Assembly: GCA_964501035.1 (NCBI GenBank)
Contig: CAZCRK010000004.1
Span: forward strand, 1-64,000
Length of the DNA: 64,000 nt
Reading direction: 5' to 3'
The translations under genes and the position numbers were made by a program. Positions within the stretch are counted from its first letter, which is position 1. Each line of letters begins with the position of its first letter. Below are positions 19,077 to 30,212 of the stretch, in pieces. Below the pieces are notes generated by a model that was given only the letters and a program-made list of their open reading frames with translations, did not search any database and was not told the origin of the DNA.

Positions 19077-20067
19077 TTTTCCTACTTTCTTCTAATGAAG
19101 TTTTTACAATAACTTCAAGTTGTCTTAATAAAAAATACTTATCATGTCCTGGATAGTTTACAAATCCAGATGCTAAAATTACTTCTTCTTTTTCATTTGT
19201 TTCAATTATATAAACAAAGAATGGCCCCCCACTTTCACTTTTTTGATGCTCATATAGGCCACGTAATAGTTTTATTTTTTTTGATTGGATTTCAACCAGC
19301 TCAAATTCTTTGTAAAATTCTCCAATTTTAATATCAGGTAACGTTAGTGAAAATAGAGAATCAAGACTTAACCAACTTGCATGAGGGGATTCAAACATTG
19401 CTTTATTACTTTTATGAAATGTTAACCATCTATACGGATACCCTCGGCCAATCCAAAGAAAGGAATCTTTATCTTCCTTTAAAATTTCAAAATCTTCTTG
19501 TACTTCAAAGTTTTCAAGATATTCATTACCAATTTTTTGAGTCAATGTTTTGTTGATACCCTGTTCCAAAACATATTCTAATACATTTTTGTCAATTGAA
19601 GTATTATATTGCTCTAGAATCCATTTTTGATTTTGAATAACAATGTCAGAAAAATGAATTGCATCTTTTGCATGTAATACTATTAAATGTTGGTTATTTG
19701 CATATCCATCTTTGATAGAAAACAATTCTTGGGATTGATCATTTTTTTCGAGGAACTTTTGTGTCAACAAATCTCCAGTTGAATCTGCTGGGTTGTCAAT
19801 ACCTAAAATAAATATATTATATTTATTTTGTACTTCATCTAAATCCCATGCATTTTTCCATATAACATTTATTTCATTTTCTTCTATTGGAGTATGGATT
19901 ATTTTAGAAAATAGTTTATCTATAATTGGTTCAATGTATTCCTTATCTTCCGGAGATGAAACAACAAACAGATCATTAATATTTCCATCTGCATCTTGTT
20001 TTAAGCTGCATCCAGAAAATAAAATACACAATACTAACGTAGATATTACTTTTGTTTGCATACACAT
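19069..20067 (-). CDS. Lipoprotein, DUF4837-like
   Basis: Lipobox LFSGC; C-terminal GGPF..Y..GFV.YPG..K...LRQLE. Confidence 0.75.
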   Translation of the reverse strand: MCMQTKVISTLVLCILFSGCSLKQDADGNINDLFVVSSPEDKEYIEPIIDKLFSKIIHTPIEENEINVIWKNAWDLDEVQNKYNIFILGIDNPADSTGDLLTQKFLEKNDQSQELFSIKDGYANNQHLIVLHAKDAIHFSDIVIQNQKWILEQYNTSIDKNVLEYVLEQGINKTLTQKIGNEYLENFEVQEDFEILKEDKDSFLWIGRGYPYRWLTFHKSNKAMFESPHASWLSLDSLFSLTLPDIKIGEFYKEFELVEIQSKKIKLLRGLYEHQKSESGGPFFVYIIETNEKEEVILASGFVNYPGHDKYFLLRQLEVIVKTSLEESRKNE

Positions 20068-20669
20068 AAAAGAGTTGAAGATTTTTGCTTGTTAAAAAAG
20101 GACACAATGAATGTAGTTAAAGTAATAACAATAAATTTTACAATTTTCATTATAAAATTACCTTTTAAGCTTAACATAACATTATATGCAGTATCTTGTA
20201 GCATTTTATGGGTGTTAACAATTTTATAATCATGTCCATTTAATAGATCAGCTAATGATTGCTTAGTAAAATGATACAAATGTCTTGGTGTATCATAGGC
20301 TATCCAATCTTCTTTAAATATTTTTTGTTCAAATGCTCCNNNNNNNNNNNNNNNNNNNNNNNNNNNNNNNNNNNNNNNNNNNNNNNNNNNNNNNNNNNNN
20401 NNNNNNNNNNNNNNNNNNNNNNNNNNNNNNNNNNNNNNNAAGTTAAAGATAGAACTTGAATTATTATTATGTGGATTATAGTTTGTGTTTGCATAAAATA
20501 AAGGAATACTGTCTTCAACAGGCCTTGGGTTAAGGTATACAAATTTACATGCGCATGAAACCAAAGTGTACAAATCTGATTTTCCAGAGGAGTTAAATCT
20601 ATCTGAAAGTTCCATATATTTGGTAAAATTACTTGAACTACAAATAGGACACTTAATAGTCTCAAACAT
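20046..20669 (-). CDS. Probable class I SAM-dependent methyltransferase with N-terminal Zn-ribbon; interrupted by the assembly gap
   Basis: CPIC...C.C..YLNPRP at the N-terminus and W..YDTPRHLYHF at the C-terminus; the core falls in the N-run. Start MFETI overlaps the lgt stop. Confidence 0.7.
   Translation of the reverse strand: MFETIKCPICSSSNFTKYMELSDRFNSSGKSDLYTLVSCACKFVYLNPRPVEDSIPLFYANTNYNPHNNNSSSIFNXXXXXXXXXXXXXXXXXXXXXXXXXXXXXXXXXXGAFEQKIFKEDWIAYDTPRHLYHFTKQSLADLLNGHDYKIVNTHKMLQDTAYNVMLSLKGNFIMKIVKFIVITLTTFIVSFFNKQKSSTLLCVCKQK
20340..20439. other. Assembly gap (100 N placeholder)
   Basis: Run of N. Confidence 1.
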
Positions 20670-21528
20670 GTTTTTTGCGTAATTTCCACATAAAATATGT
20701 TCCAATACACATCATTACTCCAGAGATTATTTGAGCTCCAGAAAGTCCAAGAATATATCTTGGATTTAATCGAATAAACTCAACCATAAAGCGTGCAAAA
20801 CCTGCTAAAAATAAATACTCAAAAAATAATTGACCATGGAACTCTTGATATTTCTTCCGAAATCGTAATGCTAGAAAAATGGCAAAATATAAAAACATTT
20901 CATATAGTTGTGTTGGGTGAACAGATAAAATTTCAGAATTTAAAACATCATTTGAAATAGTACATCCCATAGATCTCAAATTGCCTGCAGATGAAATTGG
21001 CAACCCGTTTGGAAATGATATTGCCCATGGTAACTCAGAGGGTTTTCCGTAATCATCACCTACTAGAAAACAACCTATTCGACCAATTCCATGTCCAAGT
21101 ACTAACAACGGTGCAACCCAATCTGCGACTACAAACCATTTTAGATTATGTTTTCTAATAAAAAGTGTAACAGAAATTAAACCTCCAATAAATCCACCCA
21201 GAAATACCATGCCTGCACCAAAATTTTGAATACCTCCCGCAATTAATGAACCATTCAAGGTAAATATGCCTGCAAAAATATCATACAGGCCAGATAGATT
21301 ACCGGAAGCACCACCATTTGGGATATTTTCAATTAAATAATAAATTTTAGCTCCAAGGATACCACCCAAAGCAGCCCTAAATGTTAAGTCATCTGCGAGA
21401 TTTGGATCTGATCCTATGGATTTCAAATCCTTTCGCAATAAATAATTTGTTGTCAAAAATGCAACGACCATCATAAACCCAAATGATGAAATTACAAAAT
21501 CGCCAATTTTTATTAATTCTGGATACAT
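20662..21528 (-). CDS. lgt: Prolipoprotein diacylglyceryl transferase
   Basis: GRIGCFLVGDDYG; HPTQLYE; RFMVEFIR. Confidence 0.94.
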   Translation of the reverse strand: MYPELIKIGDFVISSFGFMMVVAFLTTNYLLRKDLKSIGSDPNLADDLTFRAALGGILGAKIYYLIENIPNGGASGNLSGLYDIFAGIFTLNGSLIAGGIQNFGAGMVFLGGFIGGLISVTLFIRKHNLKWFVVADWVAPLLVLGHGIGRIGCFLVGDDYGKPSELPWAISFPNGLPISSAGNLRSMGCTISNDVLNSEILSVHPTQLYEMFLYFAIFLALRFRKKYQEFHGQLFFEYLFLAGFARFMVEFIRLNPRYILGLSGAQIISGVMMCIGTYFMWKLRKKHV

Positions 21529-21538
21529 TCAAACTCCT

Positions 21539-22267
21539 TTAAATTAATGGTAGTGATAGTAAAATGATATCATACAAAATATGAGTATAAACTGTGATTC
21601 CAAACCCTCTAATTAGATATAAAGTTCCCAAAAATCCACCAGCTAAAGTACGATAGATAAAACTTGAATACGTAAATGTATCACCGTACACCCCAACATA
21701 ATGAAATAATGAAAAAATAATGGATGAAATTATTATGGAAAACGTCACTGAAAAATAATAATTGTAGTTTAAAATATTGTTAAAAAGAAATTGTACCGAA
21801 GAGAATAAAATTAAACGAAACAATATTTCCTCCCAAATTCCAGCACCAATTGATAAATAAAATTGTTCAAATACAGAATTTCCACCATGTACAGCCAACA
21901 ACTTAGTGGACAATAATTTGAACAGAATAAACATGCAAACCGACCAAAATATACTTTCTAAAATCATAAGTAGAAGAAATTTGAGCTGAATTGTTTCTTC
22001 TAAAATAATATCTTTATTTTTAAATGCAATTATAAAAAAAATAAGAAGTAACGTGCTCACATATAATATTTGGGCATATTCTCCGAAATTTGTAAAGAAT
22101 TCTCTAATAATTACATCAGCACCATTTCGGATTTCAAAATTAAAATTGTAATTATACAGGTAACAAAGTACTTCATATAAGAATAACATTGGGAAAACAA
22201 ACACAATTCCATAGTATAAATTCTTTGTACAAGAAGTATAAGAGAGTTTAATGTACTTGCTACTCAT
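21539..22267 (-). CDS. CPBP/Abi-family intramembrane glutamic endopeptidase
   Basis: WEEILFR; FSLFH; THILYD; multiple TM helices. Confidence 0.87.
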   Translation of the reverse strand: MSSKYIKLSYTSCTKNLYYGIVFVFPMLFLYEVLCYLYNYNFNFEIRNGADVIIREFFTNFGEYAQILYVSTLLLIFFIIAFKNKDIILEETIQLKFLLLMILESIFWSVCMFILFKLLSTKLLAVHGGNSVFEQFYLSIGAGIWEEILFRLILFSSVQFLFNNILNYNYYFSVTFSIIISSIIFSLFHYVGVYGDTFTYSSFIYRTLAGGFLGTLYLIRGFGITVYTHILYDIILLSLPLI

Positions 22268-24059
22268 CCAATTTTAATACAGCTAGGAATGCTTCCTGTG
22301 GAAGTTCAACATTACCTATCTGTTTCATTCTTTTTTTACCTTTTTTTTGTTTTTCAAGTAGTTTACGTTTTCTTGAAATATCACCACCATAACATTTTGC
22401 AGTCACATTTTTACGTAATGCTTTTACTGTTTCGCGAGCTATAACTTTATGTCCAACTGCAGCTTGAATTGCTATTTCAAATTGGTGACGATTTATTTCT
22501 TTTTTAAGCTTCTTACAAAGGATGGAGCCGTGTTTATATGCATTGTCTTGATGTACTATTATGCTCAATGCATCCACAATTTCACCGCTTATTCTAACAT
22601 CTAGCTTTTGAAGTTTACCTGGTCTGTCGTCAATTAACTCATAGTCAAAGGAAGCATAACCTCGAGTTGCAGATTTTAACTTTTCAAAAAATTCATAAAT
22701 CACTTCACCCAATGGCATTTCAAATAAAAGTTGAACCTTATCTTTTGTTAAGTAATTGGTTGCTAAGTATGTACCTCTTCTCTCAATGCAAATGCGCATT
22801 ACTGCGCCAATATATTCTGATGGAGTAATAATTTCAGCTTTAATATAGGGTTCAAATACAGTAGCAATATCACCTGATACTGGCATGTCAGAAGGATTAT
22901 TTACCGTTAGTTCAGTTTTATTGGACTTAATCACTTTATAGCGTACATTCGGTGATGTAGTAATTAAATTCATGTTAAATTCACGCTCAAGTCTTTCTTG
23001 CACGATTTCCATATGCAATGGCCCCAAAAAACCACATCTAAACCCGAAACCGAGTGCAACAGAAGTATTGGGTTCAAACGTTAATGCCGAATCATTTAAC
23101 TTTAATTTTTCCAAACTAGTTCTCAAATCTTCATAGTCTTTGGAATCAATTGGATACATTCCACTAAACACCATAGGTTTAATTGGTTTGTAGCCCGGTA
23201 ATGGGTTTTCAGCTTTGTTTTCTTTAACTGTTAAAGTGTCTCCAACATTTATCTCTGAAACATCTTTAATACTTGTTATAATGTATCCAACATCTCCAGC
23301 TTCTAGACGTTTTACAGGTACTCGATCTAGTTTTAAAATACCAACTTCAGTAATTTCGTGTTTTGAAGGTAAGGCAAAATACTCGGCTGTCATTCCCTTT
23401 TCAATATACCCGTCAAATATTCGCACATACGGTACTACTCCTCGAAATTGATCGAATGAAGAATCAAAAATCAATGCTCTAGTTCCTTTTGCTTCGGATT
23501 TTTCAGGTGCTGGGATTTTTCGTATTATTGAATCAAATATTCCTTCAATACCAATTCCATTTTTGGCTGATATTTTTACAATATCTTTTTCATCGCAACC
23601 CAACAATTCAACTAACTGTTCACTTGCAGATACAACATCTGCATTGTCCATATCAATTTTATTAATCACAGGTATTATTTCAAGATCAGCATCAATTGCT
23701 AAATAGGCGTTACTAACAGTTTGCGCTTCTACACCTTGTGCCGCATCAACTAATAATAATGCACCCTCACATGCAGCTAAACTACGAGACACTTCATAAG
23801 TAAAGTCAACATGCCCAGGTGTATCGATTAAATTGAAAATATATTCAATATCATCTGAGTGTTTATACTCCATTCGAATAGGATGAGATTTAATAGTAAT
23901 CCCTCTTTCGCGTTCGAGATCCATATCGTCAAGTACTTGACTCTGCATTTCTTTAGCAGTTAATGTATGTGTTTCTTCTAACAATCTATCAGCCAGAGTT
24001 GATTTACCATGGTCAATATGTGCAATAATGCAAAAATTTCTTATATTATCTTTTTTCAC
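22260..24059 (-). CDS. lepA: Translation elongation factor 4
   Basis: IRNFCIIAHIDHGKSTLADR; CYGGDISRKRKLL; GTG start. Confidence 0.98.
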   Translation of the reverse strand: MKKDNIRNFCIIAHIDHGKSTLADRLLEETHTLTAKEMQSQVLDDMDLERERGITIKSHPIRMEYKHSDDIEYIFNLIDTPGHVDFTYEVSRSLAACEGALLLVDAAQGVEAQTVSNAYLAIDADLEIIPVINKIDMDNADVVSASEQLVELLGCDEKDIVKISAKNGIGIEGIFDSIIRKIPAPEKSEAKGTRALIFDSSFDQFRGVVPYVRIFDGYIEKGMTAEYFALPSKHEITEVGILKLDRVPVKRLEAGDVGYIITSIKDVSEINVGDTLTVKENKAENPLPGYKPIKPMVFSGMYPIDSKDYEDLRTSLEKLKLNDSALTFEPNTSVALGFGFRCGFLGPLHMEIVQERLEREFNMNLITTSPNVRYKVIKSNKTELTVNNPSDMPVSGDIATVFEPYIKAEIITPSEYIGAVMRICIERRGTYLATNYLTKDKVQLLFEMPLGEVIYEFFEKLKSATRGYASFDYELIDDRPGKLQKLDVRISGEIVDALSIIVHQDNAYKHGSILCKKLKKEINRHQFEIAIQAAVGHKVIARETVKALRKNVTAKCYGGDISRKRKLLEKQKKGKKRMKQIGNVELPQEAFLAVLKLDE

Positions 24060-24193
24060 GGGGAAAATTTACTTTAACTAATACTTCAATTCATATCAGT
24101 TAGATAATTAAAATTCTAAATAATATGACGAATAGTTGAAGTTTAAAATAAACAATCATTTGTAATTTTACCTAGTCTAAAACAGGTTATTTT

Positions 24194-25498
24194 ATGAACA
24201 AATATTCAGATTTAAAGTTTGTATCCCCTGAAGATGCAACTTCGATTATCAAATCAGGTGACAATGTGTTTCTTGGTGCTGGAGCAGTCGTACCAAAAGT
24301 ACTTATTAATGCAATGACAAAAAGGCATGCACAATTACAAGACGTTAAAATTCACCATATACTCACCTTAGGAAGCACTGAAGAAACTGCACCCTATACA
24401 TTACCTGGAATGGAAAATTCATTTACGCATTATGCGTTGTTTACTGGAACGAATACCCGACATGCTGTGAATGATGGTCGTGCATATTTCTTACCAATAT
24501 TTTTATCTGAAGTGCCACAATATTTAGAAAATTTGCAACCTGATGTTGCCTTAGTACAAGTAAGTCCACCAGATGAAAGAGGTTTTTGTAGTTTAGGAAC
24601 CAGTGTAGATGTAACTAGATCTGGGTATTTAAACTCTAATCATATAATAGCTGAAGTCAATCCCAATGTACCCAGAACACAGGGATATAGTTTTATTCAT
24701 GTAGATGAAATTAATTCATTTGTTGAAGTGGATTATCCCCTATTCGAAATTCCAGAAATTAAAATTGGTGATACTAGTAAAAAAATAGGAGAAAATATTG
24801 CTAGTTTAATACCCGATGGAGCTTGTTTGCAGGTAGGAATAGGCAAAATTCCGGATGCAACACTTGCATTGTTAGATAATCATAAACATATAGGAGTTCA
24901 TTCTGAACTAATATCTGATGGAATAATGAAACTGGTTGAAAAAGGAGTTATAGATAACTCTAAAAAAACTCTTAATGTTGGAAAAGTTGTTACTGGAATA
25001 ATTATGGGTACAAATACACTTTATAAATGGTCGTATCAAAATCCCATGATTGAAATGAGACCTAGTGACTATACCAATGATATTTTTAATATTTCTCGCA
25101 ACGATAATGTTGTAGCAATAAATACAGCATTGTCAATTGATTTGAAGGGGCAAGTTTGTGCAGATTCGCTCGGAAAACGATTTTACAGTGGAATTGGTGG
25201 TCAAGTAGATTTCATACGTGGAGCTTCTAGATCTAAGGGTGGTAAGCCAATTATTGCACTCCCATCAACAGCTAGCCATAAAGATAGAAGAATATCACGT
25301 ATATCACCATTTTTGAGTCAAGGGTCAGGTGTCGTTACCAGCGAAGGAGATGTGCATTATGTTGTAACTGAATATGGAATCGCTGAGTTGCATCATAAAG
25401 GTGTTGGAGAAAGAGCAAGACAACTCATAAACATTGCTCATCCAGATTTCCGTGATGAATTAGAAAAATATGCTTATGAATCAGGATTTAAATTATAA
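24194..25498 (+). CDS. Acetyl-CoA hydrolase/4-hydroxybutyrate CoA-transferase family
   Basis: LQVGIGKIP; HSE; SGIGGQVDFIRGA; VTEYGIA. Confidence 0.93.
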   Translation: MNKYSDLKFVSPEDATSIIKSGDNVFLGAGAVVPKVLINAMTKRHAQLQDVKIHHILTLGSTEETAPYTLPGMENSFTHYALFTGTNTRHAVNDGRAYFLPIFLSEVPQYLENLQPDVALVQVSPPDERGFCSLGTSVDVTRSGYLNSNHIIAEVNPNVPRTQGYSFIHVDEINSFVEVDYPLFEIPEIKIGDTSKKIGENIASLIPDGACLQVGIGKIPDATLALLDNHKHIGVHSELISDGIMKLVEKGVIDNSKKTLNVGKVVTGIIMGTNTLYKWSYQNPMIEMRPSDYTNDIFNISRNDNVVAINTALSIDLKGQVCADSLGKRFYSGIGGQVDFIRGASRSKGGKPIIALPSTASHKDRRISRISPFLSQGSGVVTSEGDVHYVVTEYGIAELHHKGVGERARQLINIAHPDFRDELEKYAYESGFKL

Positions 25499-25914
25499 AT
25501 AAACTGTTTTATTATTAGCTTAACTTCTTCCATATTTTGATAATTTTTAACAGTAATGTTTTGATTACCGCTTACCATGGCTGACAATCTGTTTTGTGAG
25601 TTTTTGTTAAATAGGCAAAGTACTGGAATTTTAAGTGCTTGAGCTTGACCAATTTCATATCCGACACCTAGAGAGGGATTTGTAACTTCAGCAATCAACG
25701 CATCAGCTTCATTGATCCAATCCATATCTCTGTTATATATCCAAGTATCATTACGATTATCTTCCCCACAACCTGATAAGCTTTCCAATCCAACATGTTC
25801 GGTTAGTACAGTCACATATTTTTGGAGATAATCGATTATATCTTTATAAACATTTGCATCATCTCTCCCACCTCTAATTGATCCAGCGAAATAAATTTTA
25901 AATTTATGATGCAA
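25474..25914 (-). CDS. Nucleoside 2-deoxyribosyltransferase family (DNPH1/RCL-like N-hydrolase)
   Basis: IYFAGSIRGGR; SLGVGYEIG; LSAM. Confidence 0.9.
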   Translation of the reverse strand: MHHKFKIYFAGSIRGGRDDANVYKDIIDYLQKYVTVLTEHVGLESLSGCGEDNRNDTWIYNRDMDWINEADALIAEVTNPSLGVGYEIGQAQALKIPVLCLFNKNSQNRLSAMVSGNQNITVKNYQNMEEVKLIIKQFIYNLNPDS

Positions 25915-28900
25915 ATTTCAACTCTTCATTATCTTTAAATTTTACTGAAACTATTTTTGAAACCCCTTCTTCTTCTTGTGTTACACCATAAAGATAGTCT
26001 GCTTTTTCCATTGTGAGTTTATTATGTGTAACTACGATAAATTGTGTTTTATTCTCAAACTTTTTTAACACATTTGTAAATTTATTTATATTACTATCAT
26101 CTAAAGGTGCATCAATTTCATCTAATATACAAAAGGGGCTTGGTTTAACTAAATAAATTGCAAACAATAGTGAAATTGCCGTCAACGCTTTTTCACCTGC
26201 TGATAGCATTCGGATAGTTTGAGCACGTTTCCCGGGTGGTCTAGCAATAATTTCAATATCTGCTTCAAGTGGATCATCATCACCTATCAATCTTAAGAAT
26301 GCTTCCCCTCCTTCAAAAAACATTGTATAAGTTTCTTTAAAGTGTTTACTAATCTTTTCAAATGTATTTATAAAGCGTTGTCTTGCCTCAGAATCTAGCT
26401 TTTGAATTGTTTCTTTTAATGTTTTTTCAGAGGAAGTTAAATCATCAAATTGTTCTTTTAAAAATGTATACCTTTCTGATTCTTTATCAAACTCATCCTG
26501 TACTGCTAGATTTACAGGACCGATTTTAGAAATAGATTTATCAATAGAATCTGCTTGTTTGCGAAGTTCATCAATATCAATTTCTGTTAAATCGATTTTA
26601 TTTGTGGGAATTTTTTGTTTATATAAATCTTTAATTTTGTGTCGTATTATTTCTTTTTTATTATTCATTTCAGATAATTGAAGTTGAATATTTTGAACAA
26701 CCTCCATTTGAATATCTTTCGCCTTTTGACGATTTCTAACTTCTTTTTGTAACTCTTGCCGTTCTTGATACAATGAATTTGCAGAATTCTCTAATTCATT
26801 CTTTAATGCTTGAAGCTTAGATTGATTTTCTAACAATTCATTTTTCAAAGTTTCATGTTTAGTAACTTCAGAAATGTTACATTGAATCAGATTTTTTAAA
26901 TCAAAATTTTCTTTGTTAAATCTATCATTTTGTTTATTTAGGTCTAATATGTTATCAGTAAATGTTTTTAATCTAAATTCTAAACCTTCTAGCTCCTTTT
27001 CTTTCTCTACAAGGCAAACACGTGCATCTAACATTGTTTGTTGCAATGCATTTCTATTTTTTAATATATCTTGAATTGAAGCGTTTAGCTCTTCTTTCTT
27101 TTGCTTGGCTTGTTCGACTTCATTTTGTGAGTGTTGTAATGTAGTTTTAAGTGTTAGAATGTTAGAATTAATTTTCTTTAAATTTTCTTTTACACTTTCC
27201 TTTTGCTTCTTTAATTCTGTAAATAAATTATCATGTTGAGTTAATCGTAACTCATGTTTTTGTAATTTATTTTCCAATGCGTAACATTTGCTGATTTCTT
27301 TATCTACAGATTCGGACAAAATCTTACATTTTTCAAAACAAGAATTTGCTTCCTTCTTTAAAGTAGTTATTTCACTTTCCAACAATCTTTTATTTTCTAA
27401 TTTCTTTGCAATTCTTTTTTCAATATTTAGGAGTTGCTTTTTTCTTCCAATAACAGATGAAGTAGAATGTTTTTGTACAGATTTTAGAATAATACTACCA
27501 TCAAAATATTCACCAGAGAGTGTTACCCAAATAGCATTTTGAAACTCAGTTTGTGGCAAAGAATCAACTTCCTTTGCAGTATTAAGTACAAAAGTATTTT
27601 TAAGCAAATAATCAAATAGTTTATTGTACTTAAATTTCGTTTTAATGCACGATTTTGCACTTCTGTGATTTCCCTGCACTACACTCGTTGTTTTTGGTAA
27701 AGCATCAAGTGGAATTATACTAATTTGCAGGTTACCAATCTTTTTAATTATTTCTATTATTTGACGTGCATTTTTTCGTGTATCAACAACCAACATAGAT
27801 GATAAGTCTCCGAGGGCAACATCAATTGCAGAACGATATTTTTCAGATGTATCAATTAAATCTGAGACTACGCCTTCGACACCTTTAAATTTTTGTGGTT
27901 TCGCTAAAATATATTGAACCCCCGAAGACATTCCATCATTTTTTTCTAAAATCTCATTATAAAATTCATATTTTGATTTAAGGGATGTAATGTCATTCTT
28001 AAGCAGATTTAGTTTATTATTTTTATTCAATAATATTTCTTCTAATTCTGAATGTTTACTTTGAGAAGTTTCTAAATTTGAATTTAATTCACCTTTATTT
28101 TTCTCTAATTCAACAACTTGAATTTGTTGAATATTTATATCTGCTTCTATATGTTTGCGATAATTAGAATTTTCAGTAATCTTTTGTTCAATTTCGTTAA
28201 TTGCTGTATTTGCTTCAGAGAATTGTAATTTCGCTAACTTTAAATTAAATTCATTATTTTGGTATTCATTTACAACACTATCTGTTTGTTTTTTTGAAGC
28301 AAGCAACTCATTGTTAGCTGTTTTATATTTTTTGTCGTAAGATTGAAAATTATTATTTGCTTTTTGATAATTTTCCTTAAATTCTTCTATCACTGGATAA
28401 AATGATTTTATTTTAGATTTAATCTTTAATATTTGATTGTTAAATGTTTCAATACGTGTTGTAGAATGTGTGATTTCATCATTATTGTGTAAAATTAAAT
28501 TTTCACTATTTCGTCTTTGTTCAGTATTTATTAAAATTGTGTTATTAACTGAAGATAAGTCATTATTTATATTTTCTAACTTCAAACGACTATCATCTAA
28601 TTTCACCTTACATACTTCATATCGTTGATCAACTTGTTTAATCAACTCTTCATCTAAACTTGTTTGACCTGATAAACTATCTTGTTTGCCTTTAACATCA
28701 CTCAACTTTTCAATAAGAGGGCTTATTTTATTATCAATCAATTGTATTTCAATTTGTGCTAGTAAAATTTGTGACGATTCAAGCTTTTCTGATAGTTTTT
28801 TATGTCTTTCAAACCGTTTTAGTTGACGTTTAAAACTATTTACATTTTTTTCAACTTCAAACAAGATATCTTTCACTCGGTCTAAGTCAGACATTGTGCT

Positions 28901-29470
28901 GTCTAACTTTCTAAATGTAGATTGACGCTGTTTTTTATAATGATTAATACCAGAAGCTTCTTCAAACATTTTTCTTCTATCAGAAGCATTGTGAGATAAT
29001 ATGGAATCAACCATTCGTAACTCAATCACTGAGTAGGCATCAGAACTCATACCGGTGTCAACAAACAACTCGAACACATCTTTTAACCTACAGGGAGAAT
29101 TATTCAATAAATACTCACTTTCACCAGTTCTAAAGAGACGACGAGTTATTTTCACATCGTTGAATTCTATAGGTAGCATACCTCGGTTATTGTGAATGGT
29201 TAGAGATGCTTCACAAAATCCAATTGGTTTTCTATTTTTGGTTCCATTAAAGATAACATCTTCCATTTTGGTTGAACGCAAAATGGATGTTTTTTGCTCA
29301 CCGAGAATCCAACGGATAGCATCTACTATATTTGTTTTGCCACATCCGTTAGGTCCGACAACTACAGTAATACCTTTACCAAACTCTAAATCAGTTTTAT
29401 GCAGGAAGGATTTAAATCCATTTAGATGTAATTTAGAAATATACAAGTTTCTATTTAACCTGGTGGCCAA
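25904..29470 (-). CDS. smc: Chromosome segregation protein SMC
   Basis: GPNGCGKT Walker A; coiled coils; hinge; LSAGEK; CILDEIDAPLD. Confidence 0.96.
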   Translation of the reverse strand: MATRLNRNLYISKLHLNGFKSFLHKTDLEFGKGITVVVGPNGCGKTNIVDAIRWILGEQKTSILRSTKMEDVIFNGTKNRKPIGFCEASLTIHNNRGMLPIEFNDVKITRRLFRTGESEYLLNNSPCRLKDVFELFVDTGMSSDAYSVIELRMVDSILSHNASDRRKMFEEASGINHYKKQRQSTFRKLDSTMSDLDRVKDILFEVEKNVNSFKRQLKRFERHKKLSEKLESSQILLAQIEIQLIDNKISPLIEKLSDVKGKQDSLSGQTSLDEELIKQVDQRYEVCKVKLDDSRLKLENINNDLSSVNNTILINTEQRRNSENLILHNNDEITHSTTRIETFNNQILKIKSKIKSFYPVIEEFKENYQKANNNFQSYDKKYKTANNELLASKKQTDSVVNEYQNNEFNLKLAKLQFSEANTAINEIEQKITENSNYRKHIEADINIQQIQVVELEKNKGELNSNLETSQSKHSELEEILLNKNNKLNLLKNDITSLKSKYEFYNEILEKNDGMSSGVQYILAKPQKFKGVEGVVSDLIDTSEKYRSAIDVALGDLSSMLVVDTRKNARQIIEIIKKIGNLQISIIPLDALPKTTSVVQGNHRSAKSCIKTKFKYNKLFDYLLKNTFVLNTAKEVDSLPQTEFQNAIWVTLSGEYFDGSIILKSVQKHSTSSVIGRKKQLLNIEKRIAKKLENKRLLESEITTLKKEANSCFEKCKILSESVDKEISKCYALENKLQKHELRLTQHDNLFTELKKQKESVKENLKKINSNILTLKTTLQHSQNEVEQAKQKKEELNASIQDILKNRNALQQTMLDARVCLVEKEKELEGLEFRLKTFTDNILDLNKQNDRFNKENFDLKNLIQCNISEVTKHETLKNELLENQSKLQALKNELENSANSLYQERQELQKEVRNRQKAKDIQMEVVQNIQLQLSEMNNKKEIIRHKIKDLYKQKIPTNKIDLTEIDIDELRKQADSIDKSISKIGPVNLAVQDEFDKESERYTFLKEQFDDLTSSEKTLKETIQKLDSEARQRFINTFEKISKHFKETYTMFFEGGEAFLRLIGDDDPLEADIEIIARPPGKRAQTIRMLSAGEKALTAISLLFAIYLVKPSPFCILDEIDAPLDDSNINKFTNVLKKFENKTQFIVVTHNKLTMEKADYLYGVTQEEEGVSKIVSVKFKDNEELKFAS

Positions 29471-29799
29471 TTAAGAGTACGTCCGCCTAAAAGGTGTAAA
29501 TGCAAATGAAAAACAGTCTGTCCTCCATCTTTACCCGTATTAACCACCCAGCGAAACCCATCATTTTGAATATTTTCAGTTTTAACAATTCTTTGAGCTA
29601 GCTCAGTCATTGCAAGGAAATATTTTGAATTTGATGTATCTAGATCTAATGTAGATGCTATATGAGTTTTAGGAATAACTAAGATATGTGTAGGTGCTTT
29701 CGGGTCAATATCCCTAAATGCTAAAGCAAAATCGTTTTCTGCAACAATTTCAGATGGTATTTTTCCATCAATGATTGAACAAAATAAACAGTTTTCCAT
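29455..29799 (-). CDS. Histidine triad (HIT/HinT) nucleotide-binding protein
   Basis: CLFC; GQTVFHLHLHLLGG. Confidence 0.95.
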   Translation of the reverse strand: MENCLFCSIIDGKIPSEIVAENDFALAFRDIDPKAPTHILVIPKTHIASTLDLDTSNSKYFLAMTELAQRIVKTENIQNDGFRWVVNTGKDGGQTVFHLHLHLLGGRTLNWPPG

Positions 29800-29891
29800 T
29801 AAATATTCCTTTATAAATTCATATTGTTGATGAATTGTCCTTTTTTTATAAAACGCCTATTTATCGAAGATGAGAATATTTTAAACATTAT

Positions 29892-30212
29892 TCACTTCGC
29901 AAAATTCTTACACTTCAAACGATCGATAATACTATTCTTTTTGATGCTTTTTTCTATAATTATTTTAACATCACTTTTTGTTACATTTTCATACCAAATT
30001 CCATTAGGATAAATAACAACCACTGGTCCTCTTGCACATAAATCTAAACAACCAGTCTTATTTGCTCTTACTTTATTATGTAATCCATTTCTTCTAAGTT
30101 CTTTTACAAATTCAAACCGTAAATCAGTTTCTTTGCTTGCACATGAACCCTTTGGATTCTTTGTGTCTCTTTGATTTGTACAAACAAAAATGTGCTTTTC
30201 ATATCTACTCAT
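29892..30212 (-). CDS. Thioredoxin-like [2Fe-2S] ferredoxin
   Basis: HIFVCTN..GSC...GCLDLC..GP.VVIYP.G.WY. Confidence 0.92.
   Translation of the reverse strand: MSRYEKHIFVCTNQRDTKNPKGSCASKETDLRFEFVKELRRNGLHNKVRANKTGCLDLCARGPVVVIYPNGIWYENVTKSDVKIIIEKSIKKNSIIDRLKCKNFAK

Noticed and set aside
20259..20710. Alternative ORFs spanning the N-run, and apparent truncation of the methyltransferase
   Set aside because: Artefacts of the 100-N placeholder gap; true length and frame are unknown, so no pseudogene call is made.
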